IMG/VR virus record: IMGVR_UViG_3300032283_001024
DNA length: 64,000 bases
Direction: 5' to 3' (one strand)
Origin: an uncultured virus (IMG/VR IMGVR_UViG_3300032283_001024)
Taxonomy: Duplodnaviria; Heunggongvirae; Uroviricota; Caudoviricetes
Position numbers and translations under genes: made by a program. The notes under the pieces were generated by a model. That model was not told the origin of the DNA. It searched no databases and saw only the letters and a program-made list of their open reading frames with translations. Each line of letters opens with the position of its first letter. Position 1 is the stretch's first letter. Positions 9,233-18,273 of this stretch are shown here, in pieces.

Positions 9233-10973
9233 TGTTTACTAGTGGTGCCAGCTGCTGCCAGTTTCTCGCTCCGGGGGCTCCCAAAGCTTGACTGGCTTGC
9301 TCTAGCGAACCGTGCTTGTACTTAAGGTATTCTACAGGGTTTTCTTTTTTGATCCTACGTTCTGCTGATTTCTGCATCAACTTCCTAGCGACGTAAGCAG
9401 TGCCAACTGCTGCAGCCGTTCCTGCAACAGCCAACCCTGCAATAGTGGCCGTGCTTGGCGCATACACATTTACAGGTCTGTAAGTAGAACGTAGTTCAGC
9501 CTGAAGCTCGTTAGACCTGGAATTCAAGTCTCCTGCTTTATTTTTTGCACGTGTCAACCGGTCCTGCAAACTAAGAGCTTCCTCAGGAATGTTCAGCGCT
9601 TGAAGACGATCTTTTACATCGTTTAACAGACCAGCTTTCCGTCCCTCGAGATTTGCAATCCTACCTTGCAAATAAGAAATGTTCTTGTCTTCGGGACTGT
9701 AAGAAACGTCTTTTGGATCAAGGCCAGCATTGACACGTCGTTTACGGTTTTCATAGCTTCGTTGCGTCTTGGTTGTTTTAGCATTCATTCCTCCTGTTTC
9801 TTCAGAAACGCCGTGATAAAGCTTTGACATCATCTCTTCAATATGAGGATCATCTTCTGGGGCTGGAATTTTGCTAGTAGCTCGACCTAAAGCGTATTCG
9901 TATGTCTTAAGTTGATCTGCTATTCTATTGTATTCGTGGCGGTTTTCAATTGCTTTTTTGTGCACGTCCATTGCAGCCTGGTCGTCTGGGGAGGGTCCAT
10001 ACTGCTCCACGGGCTTGACACCTTTTGCTTTCATTTGAGATTGCAAACGCTCAACAATCCGGTTTAGCTGAAGCTGCTTACTTTGTATTGGCGCCAATTC
10101 CGTCTCAATTTTTGCACGCTCTTCTTTTGTCGCAGGATCGAATGAGGTACTACTCATTACTCTTGCCTGTCGTACATCTTCAGGAAGCTTCTTATACAGA
10201 GCAGCAGCAGTACCTAAACCTGCAGCAGTTCCTAACAAACCGCTGAGAGTAACAGGCATACCTTTGACACGTAGCTCAGGATCGTTCAATCCTTTTGCAG
10301 TACCGCGAACAGTGCCGCCGATAGTTGTAAAAGATTGCCCTTCAGGATCGATACCGATCAATTGACCTGCTTGCGGTTTAGCCGATGTGTATCTACGGTA
10401 CTGAGAGTAAGTCAGAGGATCAACATCAGGACGTTCTTTCCTGAACTCCTGGTACGGAAGAAGCTGACTACGTTGTCCAAGGCCATACCGCAGTGCAATC
10501 TCCAGTGGTACTGATTGGGGAGTGCGTCCTGTCGGATCTTCTTCTTTTGATTTGGGCGCCACGGCCTTGTATCCGTGTGGCCTTAACCCTTGCGAAATGG
10601 GGCCACGGACGCCGCTCAGTGACATCAAAGCGATTGGTGCAGCCGCAGCCATGACGGCTCCTGTCACAGGATCTACTCCAGCTTTCTGTGCAATCCTTGT
10701 GCCCATCTCGCCGGCCATGCGGGGAACGTTTGTGTACTTCCAAACCTTTCCTAAAGATTTGTTGGTCAGTACATCGCCAACCGCTTTCGCTGCTACTTTT
10801 GAAGGCTCACTAAGAGTTTGTCCCAAAGATCCTATAAAACTTCCTTGATTTGTGTTATATCCGTATTTACTCTGATACGTATTAGTACGCAATTCCGTAG
10901 CAACTTTACCCAGAAATTGCTGGGCTTTTGCTAAACTGTTAGTAAGGTAATTTGTATCGGTGTTAACGTTCAT
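9225..10973 (-). CDS. hypothetical 582-aa protein with coiled coil and hydrophobic helices (putative virion)
   Basis: long ORF, overlaps both neighbours. Confidence 0.7.
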   Translation of the reverse strand: MNVNTDTNYLTNSLAKAQQFLGKVATELRTNTYQSKYGYNTNQGSFIGSLGQTLSEPSKVAAKAVGDVLTNKSLGKVWKYTNVPRMAGEMGTRIAQKAGVDPVTGAVMAAAAPIALMSLSGVRGPISQGLRPHGYKAVAPKSKEEDPTGRTPQSVPLEIALRYGLGQRSQLLPYQEFRKERPDVDPLTYSQYRRYTSAKPQAGQLIGIDPEGQSFTTIGGTVRGTAKGLNDPELRVKGMPVTLSGLLGTAAGLGTAAALYKKLPEDVRQARVMSSTSFDPATKEERAKIETELAPIQSKQLQLNRIVERLQSQMKAKGVKPVEQYGPSPDDQAAMDVHKKAIENRHEYNRIADQLKTYEYALGRATSKIPAPEDDPHIEEMMSKLYHGVSEETGGMNAKTTKTQRSYENRKRRVNAGLDPKDVSYSPEDKNISYLQGRIANLEGRKAGLLNDVKDRLQALNIPEEALSLQDRLTRAKNKAGDLNSRSNELQAELRSTYRPVNVYAPSTATIAGLAVAGTAAAVGTAYVARKLMQKSAERRIKKENPVEYLKYKHGSLEQASQALGAPGARNWQQLAPLVNNA

Positions 10974-11533
10974 TACACGTACTGAGTACTAGATCCTAAA
11001 GCGCTTTGAGCAAACCTGTGCATAGTATCAAACTCAGCACTAGGGTTCCTGTGAGTCACGGTTGTTTCTGGCGCACGAGAGTTCCTGGCGCGAGCAAGCG
11101 CAATCTCATTGTTATACCGTTGCTGCTCTTCTTGCATCGCCATTTGCCTCAACATCAGATGTTGGTTCAAGGCAGCTCGCTGTCCTTGGAAGGGTTCAGG
11201 AGTAATCGGGCGCGAGATAGCTGATGTACCTGCGGCTGCTGCAATACTGCCTGCTGCGTTTGCCAGGGCAGGGTTCACCCCCATGGCAGTCAAGCCTCCT
11301 GAAATCGGAGAGCTGATAATGGAGCTAAGGGCTGCCTGTTTAGCAAGTCGTTTAGGATCAGGTGCGTTAGCTCCGACAGCGTAAGAAATTGCAGTAGGAA
11401 CAGCCACGCCAAGCGCTGTATCAAACGCTACTTTCTTTCCTAAAGCTTGTGCAGTTTGCGGACTGGTCGCGTATTGGCCAAGTTTTGTTCCGGCCATTCG
11501 GACTGCTTGAATGGTTTTGTCTACTACACTCAC
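10973..11533 (-). CDS. hypothetical Ala-rich protein
   Basis: 186-aa ORF with stop/start overlaps. Confidence 0.65.
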   Translation of the reverse strand: MSVVDKTIQAVRMAGTKLGQYATSPQTAQALGKKVAFDTALGVAVPTAISYAVGANAPDPKRLAKQAALSSIISSPISGGLTAMGVNPALANAAGSIAAAAGTSAISRPITPEPFQGQRAALNQHLMLRQMAMQEEQQRYNNEIALARARNSRAPETTVTHRNPSAEFDTMHRFAQSALGSSTQYV

Positions 11534-11991
11534 GTGCTAATCCCCTTTTCGCCAGGTATTGTCATCATACCCGCAGTCCTATCTCCTATTCCTTCTTTCG
11601 GACGCTGACTTTGAATAGTGGCTAGGTTTTTATGAGAAACACTATCATCTTCATTTATCAGTCCCCTGGCAACACCCTCAGCATAATCTTGTGCAAATTT
11701 AGTAGCGAGTGATTGGTTACCGGGATCACTGAACCTGGGATTATTGTCATTCAAACTGTCAAGAAATCCTTGAGACTGTTGAGCAGAAGAAACCGGAAAT
11801 ACGCCGTCGTTGTAAAACGATTTTGCATCAGGATTTTTGCTAAGTTTAGCTGCAAAAGGATTGTTTTTGTAGCTACTAGGATCTTGTTTTGCAGAAGGAT
11901 ACAGACCCGTGGTACCAGCAGAAACACTACGTTTGTCTCGTACAGCACGATCCGCAGGACTAGAATAATCTTTATCAAAAGCTGCTAACAC
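11530..11991 (-). CDS. hypothetical protein
   Basis: 153-aa ORF, GTG start, in operon. Confidence 0.6.
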   Translation of the reverse strand: MLAAFDKDYSSPADRAVRDKRSVSAGTTGLYPSAKQDPSSYKNNPFAAKLSKNPDAKSFYNDGVFPVSSAQQSQGFLDSLNDNNPRFSDPGNQSLATKFAQDYAEGVARGLINEDDSVSHKNLATIQSQRPKEGIGDRTAGMMTIPGEKGIST

Positions 11992-12002
11992 CTGTAATTA
12001 CC

Positions 12003-12233
12003 TCAGCTTTCGTTATTTTTGTCCTTGTCTTGGTCTTTGTGTTTGTGAAGTTTTTTTAAGGTCTTGGCTAGGTTGGCCTGACGAACCGTTTTTTCGTCGT
12101 AGTTGTCAGGGTTGGCCGTGACATCCGCAGCAAAATCTGCTACAGACATGCCGCGTTTTTCGGCTTTCCTGGTAAAAGCACCTGGATGCTCTACTGCACC
12201 TTGAATCCAATCTTTATCTTTTGCCATAATCAC
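12003..12233 (-). CDS. small basic phage protein
   Basis: WIQGAVEHPGAFTRKA...RQANLAKTLKK, a pattern recurrent in phage structural regions. Confidence 0.65.
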   Translation of the reverse strand: MIMAKDKDWIQGAVEHPGAFTRKAEKRGMSVADFAADVTANPDNYDEKTVRQANLAKTLKKLHKHKDQDKDKNNES

Positions 12234-12703
12234 TTCTTACCTAGGATTCCTTTAACCTGTTTGACTGCGGCTTCTGATGTCAGAAGGCCAGTAACAGCTT
12301 GTCCAACAATTTTAGACGCAGTAACCTCGGTCGGTTCGTATGCGTAAGAAGAGTAAGTCTGAACTTTGTCTGCAGCCGATTGGGGAAGGAACGTTTGAGC
12401 AAGATGTGCGACAGTATCTTTGACTTCTTTGTCGGTGAGCTGCCCGTCAGCAACTGCACGTACAGCAATTGAAAAAGCATCAACTACCTGAGAACCATTC
12501 CACTGAGACAAGTTAGCGGCAAGAACAGGATCGAGGATATCGTAAATTTTTGCAATAGCAGGACCGGACTTAAGAATGGTCTTTGTGATTTTCTTTTTGT
12601 TTGCCCAGCCGGTGGCCTTTGTCAGGCCAATGCCAACAAGTGCTCCCGCCAGGGGGAGAGCAATCGGGGCCAGGGGCAGAAGAACAGGAATAACAGCGAG
12701 CAC
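12230..12703 (-). CDS. membrane-anchored hypothetical protein
   Basis: N-terminal hydrophobic helix followed by a basic patch. Confidence 0.6.
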   Translation of the reverse strand: MLAVIPVLLPLAPIALPLAGALVGIGLTKATGWANKKKITKTILKSGPAIAKIYDILDPVLAANLSQWNGSQVVDAFSIAVRAVADGQLTDKEVKDTVAHLAQTFLPQSAADKVQTYSSYAYEPTEVTASKIVGQAVTGLLTSEAAVKQVKGILGKK

Positions 12704-12756
12704 GGCTTACCTCTAAGTTACTTGTAATTTAGCAGAGGCAATTGCTTCGTTACAGC

Positions 12757-15700
12757 TCAGAAGAGAGCTAGCTGTTGGGTATTGCTTTGTTCCAGTGCTC
12801 CTCTCAATGCAGATTGCAAACTACGGCCGGTGTGTGTTGCATTCAAAGCATTTACTGTAGCTTGTAATTGTGAAGTTGCTTTGCTCCGATTAAGACGTTG
12901 TCTGGTAGTAGCTGGTCCTGGCATGACCCCAGCTTCCAACTGACGTGGGTAGTAATCAGCAAGCCAATCAGCTTCCGGTACAGCTGCAGGTTTAGAAACG
13001 GGGCGGAACAGTTCGGCAGCAGCCTGCTGCCGCAGAGGAGCTTCAACGGTTTGAGGCTCAGCCTGACTACTGTCAACTACTTGACGCATTTCATCTAGAA
13101 TCTCTTTAAAATTTCCTTGCGGAGCACTTTTTAAGATTTTTTGGCGCCACTGTTTTGTCGCTGGGTCTGCCTTTTCGTTCGTAGAATATGCGGCGTAGGA
13201 ACCAGGAGCAGCGGTTTCTTGAATTTGTTTACGTGCTCGCTCAGCAGCTGCAATTCGCAGTGCTCCTTTAGTTGGGGCCTGCATGGGACCGTACGTTTCC
13301 CTGAAGCGCGTTCCTAGTCCAGGATGTGAACCACCTCCTGCTGGGTACATTGCTTCTTCAGCATAGATAAGGCCTTCAGGTGTAATCCTTTCAGGCTCCA
13401 TTCCTTTAATAATTGAAGCCTCTTCCCCAAAAGACTCAGGATCAATTTGCAAATAGTTAATGCCTGAATAGCTTCTATCGCTTTCGCCTAAGAGCCTAGA
13501 AGGTGTCCTGCTGCTTTCACCCCGCCCAACGCCGCCGACTTGCCTGCTTCCAATAGAAGATGCGCGGCGAATGTTAAGCAATTCTAAAGGAGTAAGGGCT
13601 TTGTTCTCTGGAACTTGAACCATTCCGACTAGTTCACCAGTAAGTTGATTAATAGAAGGAGATAATTTAGTTCCGAGCTGCATTTCTTCAGGAATAGAGT
13701 AAACATACTGATTCTCTTTAGCAGCCTGCAGCGCATTCTGAGCGTTTTGTAAATCCCCATACGAGCGAGAAAGAGCGTTCTTGTCTGCATTGGATAATGC
13801 TGCAAAGTCTGCTGCACGAAGCTGCGTTGTTGCTGGTAAACCTGCCCTTGCAAGTACACCTGCTTTTGTGTTGCTGTGTACAGTTTGCGCCCCCAAGAGA
13901 AGGTTTTCCAGATTTTCTACCTGGGTTAAATCAGAACCTGGGAAAGCTTCAACTGCTTTGAAGGGCCTGAAGAAAGATTTTGTTGGGACCTGTTCTCCAC
14001 CTGGCAGAGTTATGTTGATAGGGACGGCGTTAGACGCAGCAGCATTCAACACACCAGGATCTTGCGTCACGCCATAGAGATCCCAAGCTTTCTTAGAAGC
14101 TGCAGAAAGAGGTGTAGGAGGAAAGAACACATCTGTGTTGCCAGGATCAACAGAACCTCCACGTGTTACAACCCGTGGGTCAATACCGCTGGCCGCTCCC
14201 CACGCTGGGTTGTATCGTTCTCCAGTGGCAAGAGAAGAGTAGGGGCCTTCAGGGTTTACTCCGGTGGCCTCCAACGTTGCAAGTGCGGCTTCTACATCTC
14301 TGGCGCCGGCAATCCGCTGAACAGGGTAAGATCGAGTCGGATCGCTGGCGTAAGTTTCTCCTTCACCTAAAAGCCTCTGTGTCAATGGTGAACGAGACTT
14401 AAAAGTAATTGGCTGTTCTTGTTGTTGTGTATAAGGAACTTCCACAGACTCTGTCTCTCCAGAAGGCCCATTTTTGACAAACAAGTTACCTTTTCCTGTC
14501 AAACTAAACGCCCTTTCTTGGTGTCGAACAGGATTCAAGGCCGCACCGCTGCGTGCTGTCAGCACAGTTGATGGAAAGTGAATAGCTCCAGTTGATGGCT
14601 CTACTCCGTAAAGAGATGCACCTTGTGTTTTCAAGAAACTTTCTACCTTGCCACTTGTAGTTTCTGGTGTTGCAAAAGAAGGATCTAACGCTGCAGTTTG
14701 TTCGGAAACTACTGCAGCCTCAGTAGGGGCAGACAAGAAACTTTCAACGCGCTGCCCAACACTAGGAAAAGCTTCAACGTAACCAGGAACGCTTGTTGCC
14801 GCGTTCCGGATCTCACCAGTGGTGGGATCAACAAGCTGTTCTCCACGAAGATCTGCAAGACGTGCAGCCCTTACTTCAGGAGAGGCGTACTTAGTAGCGA
14901 ACTCAAAACTCTTGCCCTGAGTAGTTCTGGGATCAACAACTGTTGGAGCGTACTCTTCATCCACAGGAATAGGCATGAACCTTCCCCCTTCACCCCTTTG
15001 TTGCACAGGAAGCGGATTTTTTTCTAAAACACTTGCAATTACATCTGCTCTACTGGGACGAGGGCCTGAAGTTTGGCTAGACGCCAGGGACTCGGTTTCG
15101 GTTACTTCTTTTGGAGAATACGACTCACTGGTAGGAGGAAGGTAAAGTTTTCTTTCATCCCCTGCGGGTGCTCCTTTTGCGGCCTGGATTTCTTGCGTTG
15201 CAACATTGACTCTATTCTGGTTGTAGCGTTCAGCTGTAGTTGGCGGAGTCACATCACCAGAATTTACGATCACATCGGCGTCAACATACCTGCCGCCTCC
15301 TAACCCCCTAAGGAAGGACGAAGTGCGCTCACCAATATTTCTGGCGTTTTCCTTTGCAAACGTTCCTGCGTTACTGAGAGCCTGCTGTCCTCCAGGAGTT
15401 TGAGTCAGTGCGTACCCTGCAGCTACTGCGCCAGCACCGAGGGCAACTTTTCCTACCGTGCTCAGCAAAGAATTCTGTTGACGGCGTTCAGCAGCGTTTT
15501 CTTCTTCTTGGTTTTGGAAGTGTTCCGACGTCAAGGTCGAATCCAGGGTTCCGGCTACCTTGGGCGCAGAGTTGTCAGGTGTTACAGGGGAGTTAAAAAG
15601 AGAATTTGGAGCAGAGTTCTGTACGGAAACAGGTTGATCGTACATGATTGTGCCGCCAACACGACCACCTGGAGCGGACGAAGCGGCTTTTCCAACATTT

Positions 15701-15813
15701 TTGACGAATTCGTAAGCATGCGGAGCCGCATCAAACTTTTCTTGGGTCGTTTGAGGATATTTATTGCCGGTTGCACGTGCCCAAAGAGCAAAATCTGCTG
15801 GAGATACGGGCAT
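12757..15813 (-). CDS. large low-complexity protein (1018 aa), putative internal virion protein
   Basis: long ORF; first gene of the minus-strand block. Confidence 0.7.
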   Translation of the reverse strand: MPVSPADFALWARATGNKYPQTTQEKFDAAPHAYEFVKNVGKAASSAPGGRVGGTIMYDQPVSVQNSAPNSLFNSPVTPDNSAPKVAGTLDSTLTSEHFQNQEEENAAERRQQNSLLSTVGKVALGAGAVAAGYALTQTPGGQQALSNAGTFAKENARNIGERTSSFLRGLGGGRYVDADVIVNSGDVTPPTTAERYNQNRVNVATQEIQAAKGAPAGDERKLYLPPTSESYSPKEVTETESLASSQTSGPRPSRADVIASVLEKNPLPVQQRGEGGRFMPIPVDEEYAPTVVDPRTTQGKSFEFATKYASPEVRAARLADLRGEQLVDPTTGEIRNAATSVPGYVEAFPSVGQRVESFLSAPTEAAVVSEQTAALDPSFATPETTSGKVESFLKTQGASLYGVEPSTGAIHFPSTVLTARSGAALNPVRHQERAFSLTGKGNLFVKNGPSGETESVEVPYTQQQEQPITFKSRSPLTQRLLGEGETYASDPTRSYPVQRIAGARDVEAALATLEATGVNPEGPYSSLATGERYNPAWGAASGIDPRVVTRGGSVDPGNTDVFFPPTPLSAASKKAWDLYGVTQDPGVLNAAASNAVPINITLPGGEQVPTKSFFRPFKAVEAFPGSDLTQVENLENLLLGAQTVHSNTKAGVLARAGLPATTQLRAADFAALSNADKNALSRSYGDLQNAQNALQAAKENQYVYSIPEEMQLGTKLSPSINQLTGELVGMVQVPENKALTPLELLNIRRASSIGSRQVGGVGRGESSRTPSRLLGESDRSYSGINYLQIDPESFGEEASIIKGMEPERITPEGLIYAEEAMYPAGGGSHPGLGTRFRETYGPMQAPTKGALRIAAAERARKQIQETAAPGSYAAYSTNEKADPATKQWRQKILKSAPQGNFKEILDEMRQVVDSSQAEPQTVEAPLRQQAAAELFRPVSKPAAVPEADWLADYYPRQLEAGVMPGPATTRQRLNRSKATSQLQATVNALNATHTGRSLQSALRGALEQSNTQQLALF

Positions 15814-16040
15814 TTTGACTTACTTCTTCGATATATTCGATTTTAATCTCTCTCAACACGCTATTTTCCCCTAACTGGCCTAGAAAAAGCCCTTTTTGGG
15901 GTAAAAATTCCGGTAGCAATCAAGCTAACTCAGCTGCCAGAAGGCCCCGAAAGGAAAAAAAGAAAGGGGGCGCCTGCGCTGATGAGTTTGAACAGCCTGC
16001 AGAGGTAGTTCCTCGCGGTTGTGTTCCATCGGTTCAGTCC
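15814..16040. promoter_or_regulatory. divergent intergenic region between late (minus) and early (plus) blocks
   Basis: strand switch, homopolymer tracts, first copy of the 20-bp motif at 15991-16010. Confidence 0.55.
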
Positions 16041-16041
16041 A

Positions 16042-16251
16042 ATGTTCGTCCTTACCTACACCAAGTCCAGCGCCGACGATAAGTGGCACGAGGAAGGTTA
16101 CTTCTCCACCTGGGAAGGTGTGGTCTGCTTCGTTGAGAAGCGCGGAATCACCAACGACCTGCTCAAAGTTGAGTGGGTTCCCGTGGAGATTGTTGATCAG
16201 CCACAGATCTCGTTCTATGACTACAGCAACTGCACAGAAGTGCCGTTCTGA
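16042..16251 (+). CDS. hypothetical early protein
   Basis: ATG 16042; TGA stop abuts the hammerhead. Confidence 0.6.
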   Translation: MFVLTYTKSSADDKWHEEGYFSTWEGVVCFVEKRGITNDLLKVEWVPVEIVDQPQISFYDYSNCTEVPF

Positions 16252-16313
16252 GGCGAAACCGGGGTGCGATCCCCGGTCCAGCAGCTTGACATGCTGCTGC
16301 TGACGAGCCTGTC
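16251..16313 (+). ncRNA. type II hammerhead ribozyme
   Basis: GGC-GAAA-CCGGGG/CCCCGG-UC^-CAGCAGC/GCUGCUG-CUGACGA-GCC; all core nucleotides present, three perfect stems, GUC cleavage triplet ending at 16278. Confidence 0.92.
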
Positions 16314-16328
16314 TTCGTTAGTGCAAGG

Positions 16329-16348
16329 AACAGCCGTAAGAAGCAGTT
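16329..16348 (+). promoter_or_regulatory. AACARCC-N3-AGARGTAGTT motif copy (others at 15991, 16909, 17272, 18222, 19353, 20346)
   Basis: 20-nt motif repeated at least 7 times in early intergenic regions, several inside TGCA..GAAC/GTTCTTTGCA hairpins. Confidence 0.8.
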
Positions 16349-16397
16349 CTTTGTAGTTTTGCCTCCAGCGGAATAGGCCCCGCACCGCTACAGTACC

Positions 16398-16643
16398 ATG
16401 GAATTCACCGCCACCGCCCCTTCTGCTGCCGCTGCTCCTGCTCCCCAGCAACATTTCGTAATCTTCCCTGAGGTTATGCCTCAGGACGACCTCATTGAGG
16501 TTGAGTTCGTTGAGAACAACCCTAATCAAACCCTGGTTAAGGCCCTAGTGGTCGGAACCGGCATCGCAATCGTTGCTGCGTGGTGCAGCCCTACAGGCAA
16601 AAGCCTGCGGAACAAGCTTGCTGAGGCGATTAAAGCCAACTGA
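16398..16643 (+). CDS. hypothetical membrane protein
   Basis: single hydrophobic helix, ATG start. Confidence 0.6.
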   Translation: MEFTATAPSAAAAPAPQQHFVIFPEVMPQDDLIEVEFVENNPNQTLVKALVVGTGIAIVAAWCSPTGKSLRNKLAEAIKAN

Positions 16644-16658
16644 GGCCAAATATAACTG

Positions 16659-16686
16659 GCCGGGTGCAATTCCCGGCTTATTTTTT
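16659..16686 (+). terminator. T-loop hairpin followed by U-tract (intrinsic terminator-like)
   Basis: GCCGGG-TGCAATT-CCCGGC-TTATTTTTT. Confidence 0.6.
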
Positions 16687-16960
16687 ACATTAAAGTGTAA
16701 TTTACGTACAAAAGTGAACACATATGCCCCTTAAAAGCCTTGCGGCAGAAGGGAAGACGTGAGAAAGGCGCCAGATGTCTAGTTGACAGAATTTTTTGGA
16801 ATTCAGCCTGTGGAAAAGTATTTGAGGCAAAATATATCAATTAGATTGAAAATAAGTTTTAAGTGCGCTGTATTAACTGCGTTATGCAATTCCGCAACAC
16901 TCTGTAATAACAACCAGTAGAAGTAGTTCTTTGCATCATTGTCCTCTGAAATTTACTCCA

Positions 16961-17221
16961 ATGTCCACTGTTACCTGCCAATACGTGAACCAGAAGGTAG
17001 AAGGGGACATTCCTTCCCAAGGATCTCTTCGCTGGGCGCTCCTTTGCCCAGCAATACGTGCTGCACGTGGCATTTATCCAGAAACGCTGCTTACTTGCCC
17101 GGTGCGTCCAGAAATGCCGCATCATTATGGGTGCGTTAACGGAATGCGCTCTGAGTATGCCGAAAGGTATGACTCATTCAATGGAGCAGGAAGTTGGTCT
17201 GCTCTTTGTTCTGAGCTGTAG
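16961..17221 (+). CDS. hypothetical early protein
   Basis: ATG ~33 nt downstream of the 20-bp motif. Confidence 0.55.
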   Translation: MSTVTCQYVNQKVEGDIPSQGSLRWALLCPAIRAARGIYPETLLTCPVRPEMPHHYGCVNGMRSEYAERYDSFNGAGSWSALCSEL

Positions 17222-17261
17222 TACTCCGTAAGAAGGGCTAGGTGCAACTCCTAGCCTCAGA
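17210..17261 (+). ncRNA. tRNA top-half-like element
   Basis: TCTGAG/CTCAGA closing stem plus CTAGG-TGCAACT-CCTAG T-arm, followed by TATTGC. Confidence 0.6.
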
Positions 17262-17323
17262 TATTGCAAGGAACAGCCGTTAGAGGTAGTTCTTTGCACC
17301 AATGCACACACCACCCTCGTCAC

Positions 17324-17584
17324 ATGACTGAGACTTCCGTGTACCGCCGCATTCAGCAGCTTAGGCTGCTTGCCAGGAGGGATAGCTCCCTCCGCTCGCC
17401 CCAAGTAGACCAGGACCTGGAACAGTTCAGGCTGCAGTTCATTCAGGCGTTTGAGGCTTGGATGGATGGCATGAAGGAACTGGACTTAACACCCTTCGTT
17501 GTAACAGCTGACAAGATCATCACTAGCAACAAAGAGTTGCTTCGCTGGCTCCATAAGGAGCTGGACAAAGATCTAGATCGCTGA
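17324..17584 (+). CDS. hypothetical early protein
   Basis: ATG after the conserved hairpin leader. Confidence 0.6.
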   Translation: MTETSVYRRIQQLRLLARRDSSLRSPQVDQDLEQFRLQFIQAFEAWMDGMKELDLTPFVVTADKIITSNKELLRWLHKELDKDLDR

Positions 17585-17624
17585 GTCCAGGCGTGATGCT
17601 GGGGGATCGAATCCCCCACTCAGC
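17580..17624 (+). ncRNA. tRNA top-half-like element (7-bp acceptor, 5-bp T-stem, 7-nt T-loop)
   Basis: GCTGAGT/ACTCAGC plus GGGGG-ATCGAAT-CCCCC, followed by TATTGC. Confidence 0.7.
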
Positions 17625-17668
17625 TATTGCCCTCCAGGGATATGGGCACCCTACAACAGGAGAATCCT

Positions 17669-17827
17669 GTGCACCTCAAGACATCTGTAACCGCTCACTT
17701 TACTTTCAGTGAAGAAGAGCTGTCAGACCTTGCTGGCTTACTAGAGACGTCTGATATCACTGTAAACCTCAGCAATTTCCTGACCGATCTGCGCCATGAG
17801 TTGAGGTTACTTCTTCAAGACAAGTAA
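17669..17827 (+). CDS. small hypothetical protein
   Basis: AGGAG SD then GTG. Confidence 0.5.
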   Translation: MHLKTSVTAHFTFSEEELSDLAGLLETSDITVNLSNFLTDLRHELRLLLQDK

Positions 17828-17866
17828 GAAGTAGTTCTTTTCAACATGTCCAATTGCACCTAGACA

Positions 17867-18169
17867 ATGCAAACGCACCACGAAACCAACCCTCTTCCCG
17901 AAGGTTACACTCACGTCGATCGTAAGCTTGTCGGGTGGGATCACCCGAATCTGGTAATCACAAGACTCCGCCTTGTGTCTGACCCAGGATATCCGTGGTG
18001 GGACGTAAGTTACTGCCACGGAGAAGTAAGTGGTCAACCTGTAAGGGTCCTGCTGCCTTTTGATCAGCTACCTAAGAAGAACATGTTTGGTGCCCTCTAC
18101 AAGGAAGCCAAGATGTCAGGTTGCTACATCCGAGGTCTAGAGCCAAGCAACATCAGTACTCTTTGCTGA
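17867..18169 (+). CDS. hypothetical early protein
   Basis: 100-aa ORF, ATG start. Confidence 0.65.
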   Translation: MQTHHETNPLPEGYTHVDRKLVGWDHPNLVITRLRLVSDPGYPWWDVSYCHGEVSGQPVRVLLPFDQLPKKNMFGALYKEAKMSGCYIRGLEPSNISTLC

Positions 18170-18211
18170 GTCCGTCAACACGGCACTGGGAGGTGTAAGT
18201 CCTCCCACAGC
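18165..18211 (+). ncRNA. tRNA top-half-like element
   Basis: GCTGAG/CACAGC, inner CCGT/ACGG hairpin, GGAGG-TGTAAGT-CCTCC T-arm, followed by TATTGC. Confidence 0.6.
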
Positions 18212-18273
18212 TATTGCAGAGAACAGCCGTAAGAGGTAGTTCTTTGCATCAATGTCCCACCGCACCTCTTCAC

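Noticed and set aside
238..15846. Numerous plus-strand ORFs within the structural block
   Set aside because: Antisense shadows of long minus-strand genes.
15940..16000. CTGATGA plus upstream CGAAA as a second hammerhead
   Set aside because: No complementary stems I-III or correctly placed NUH could be built.
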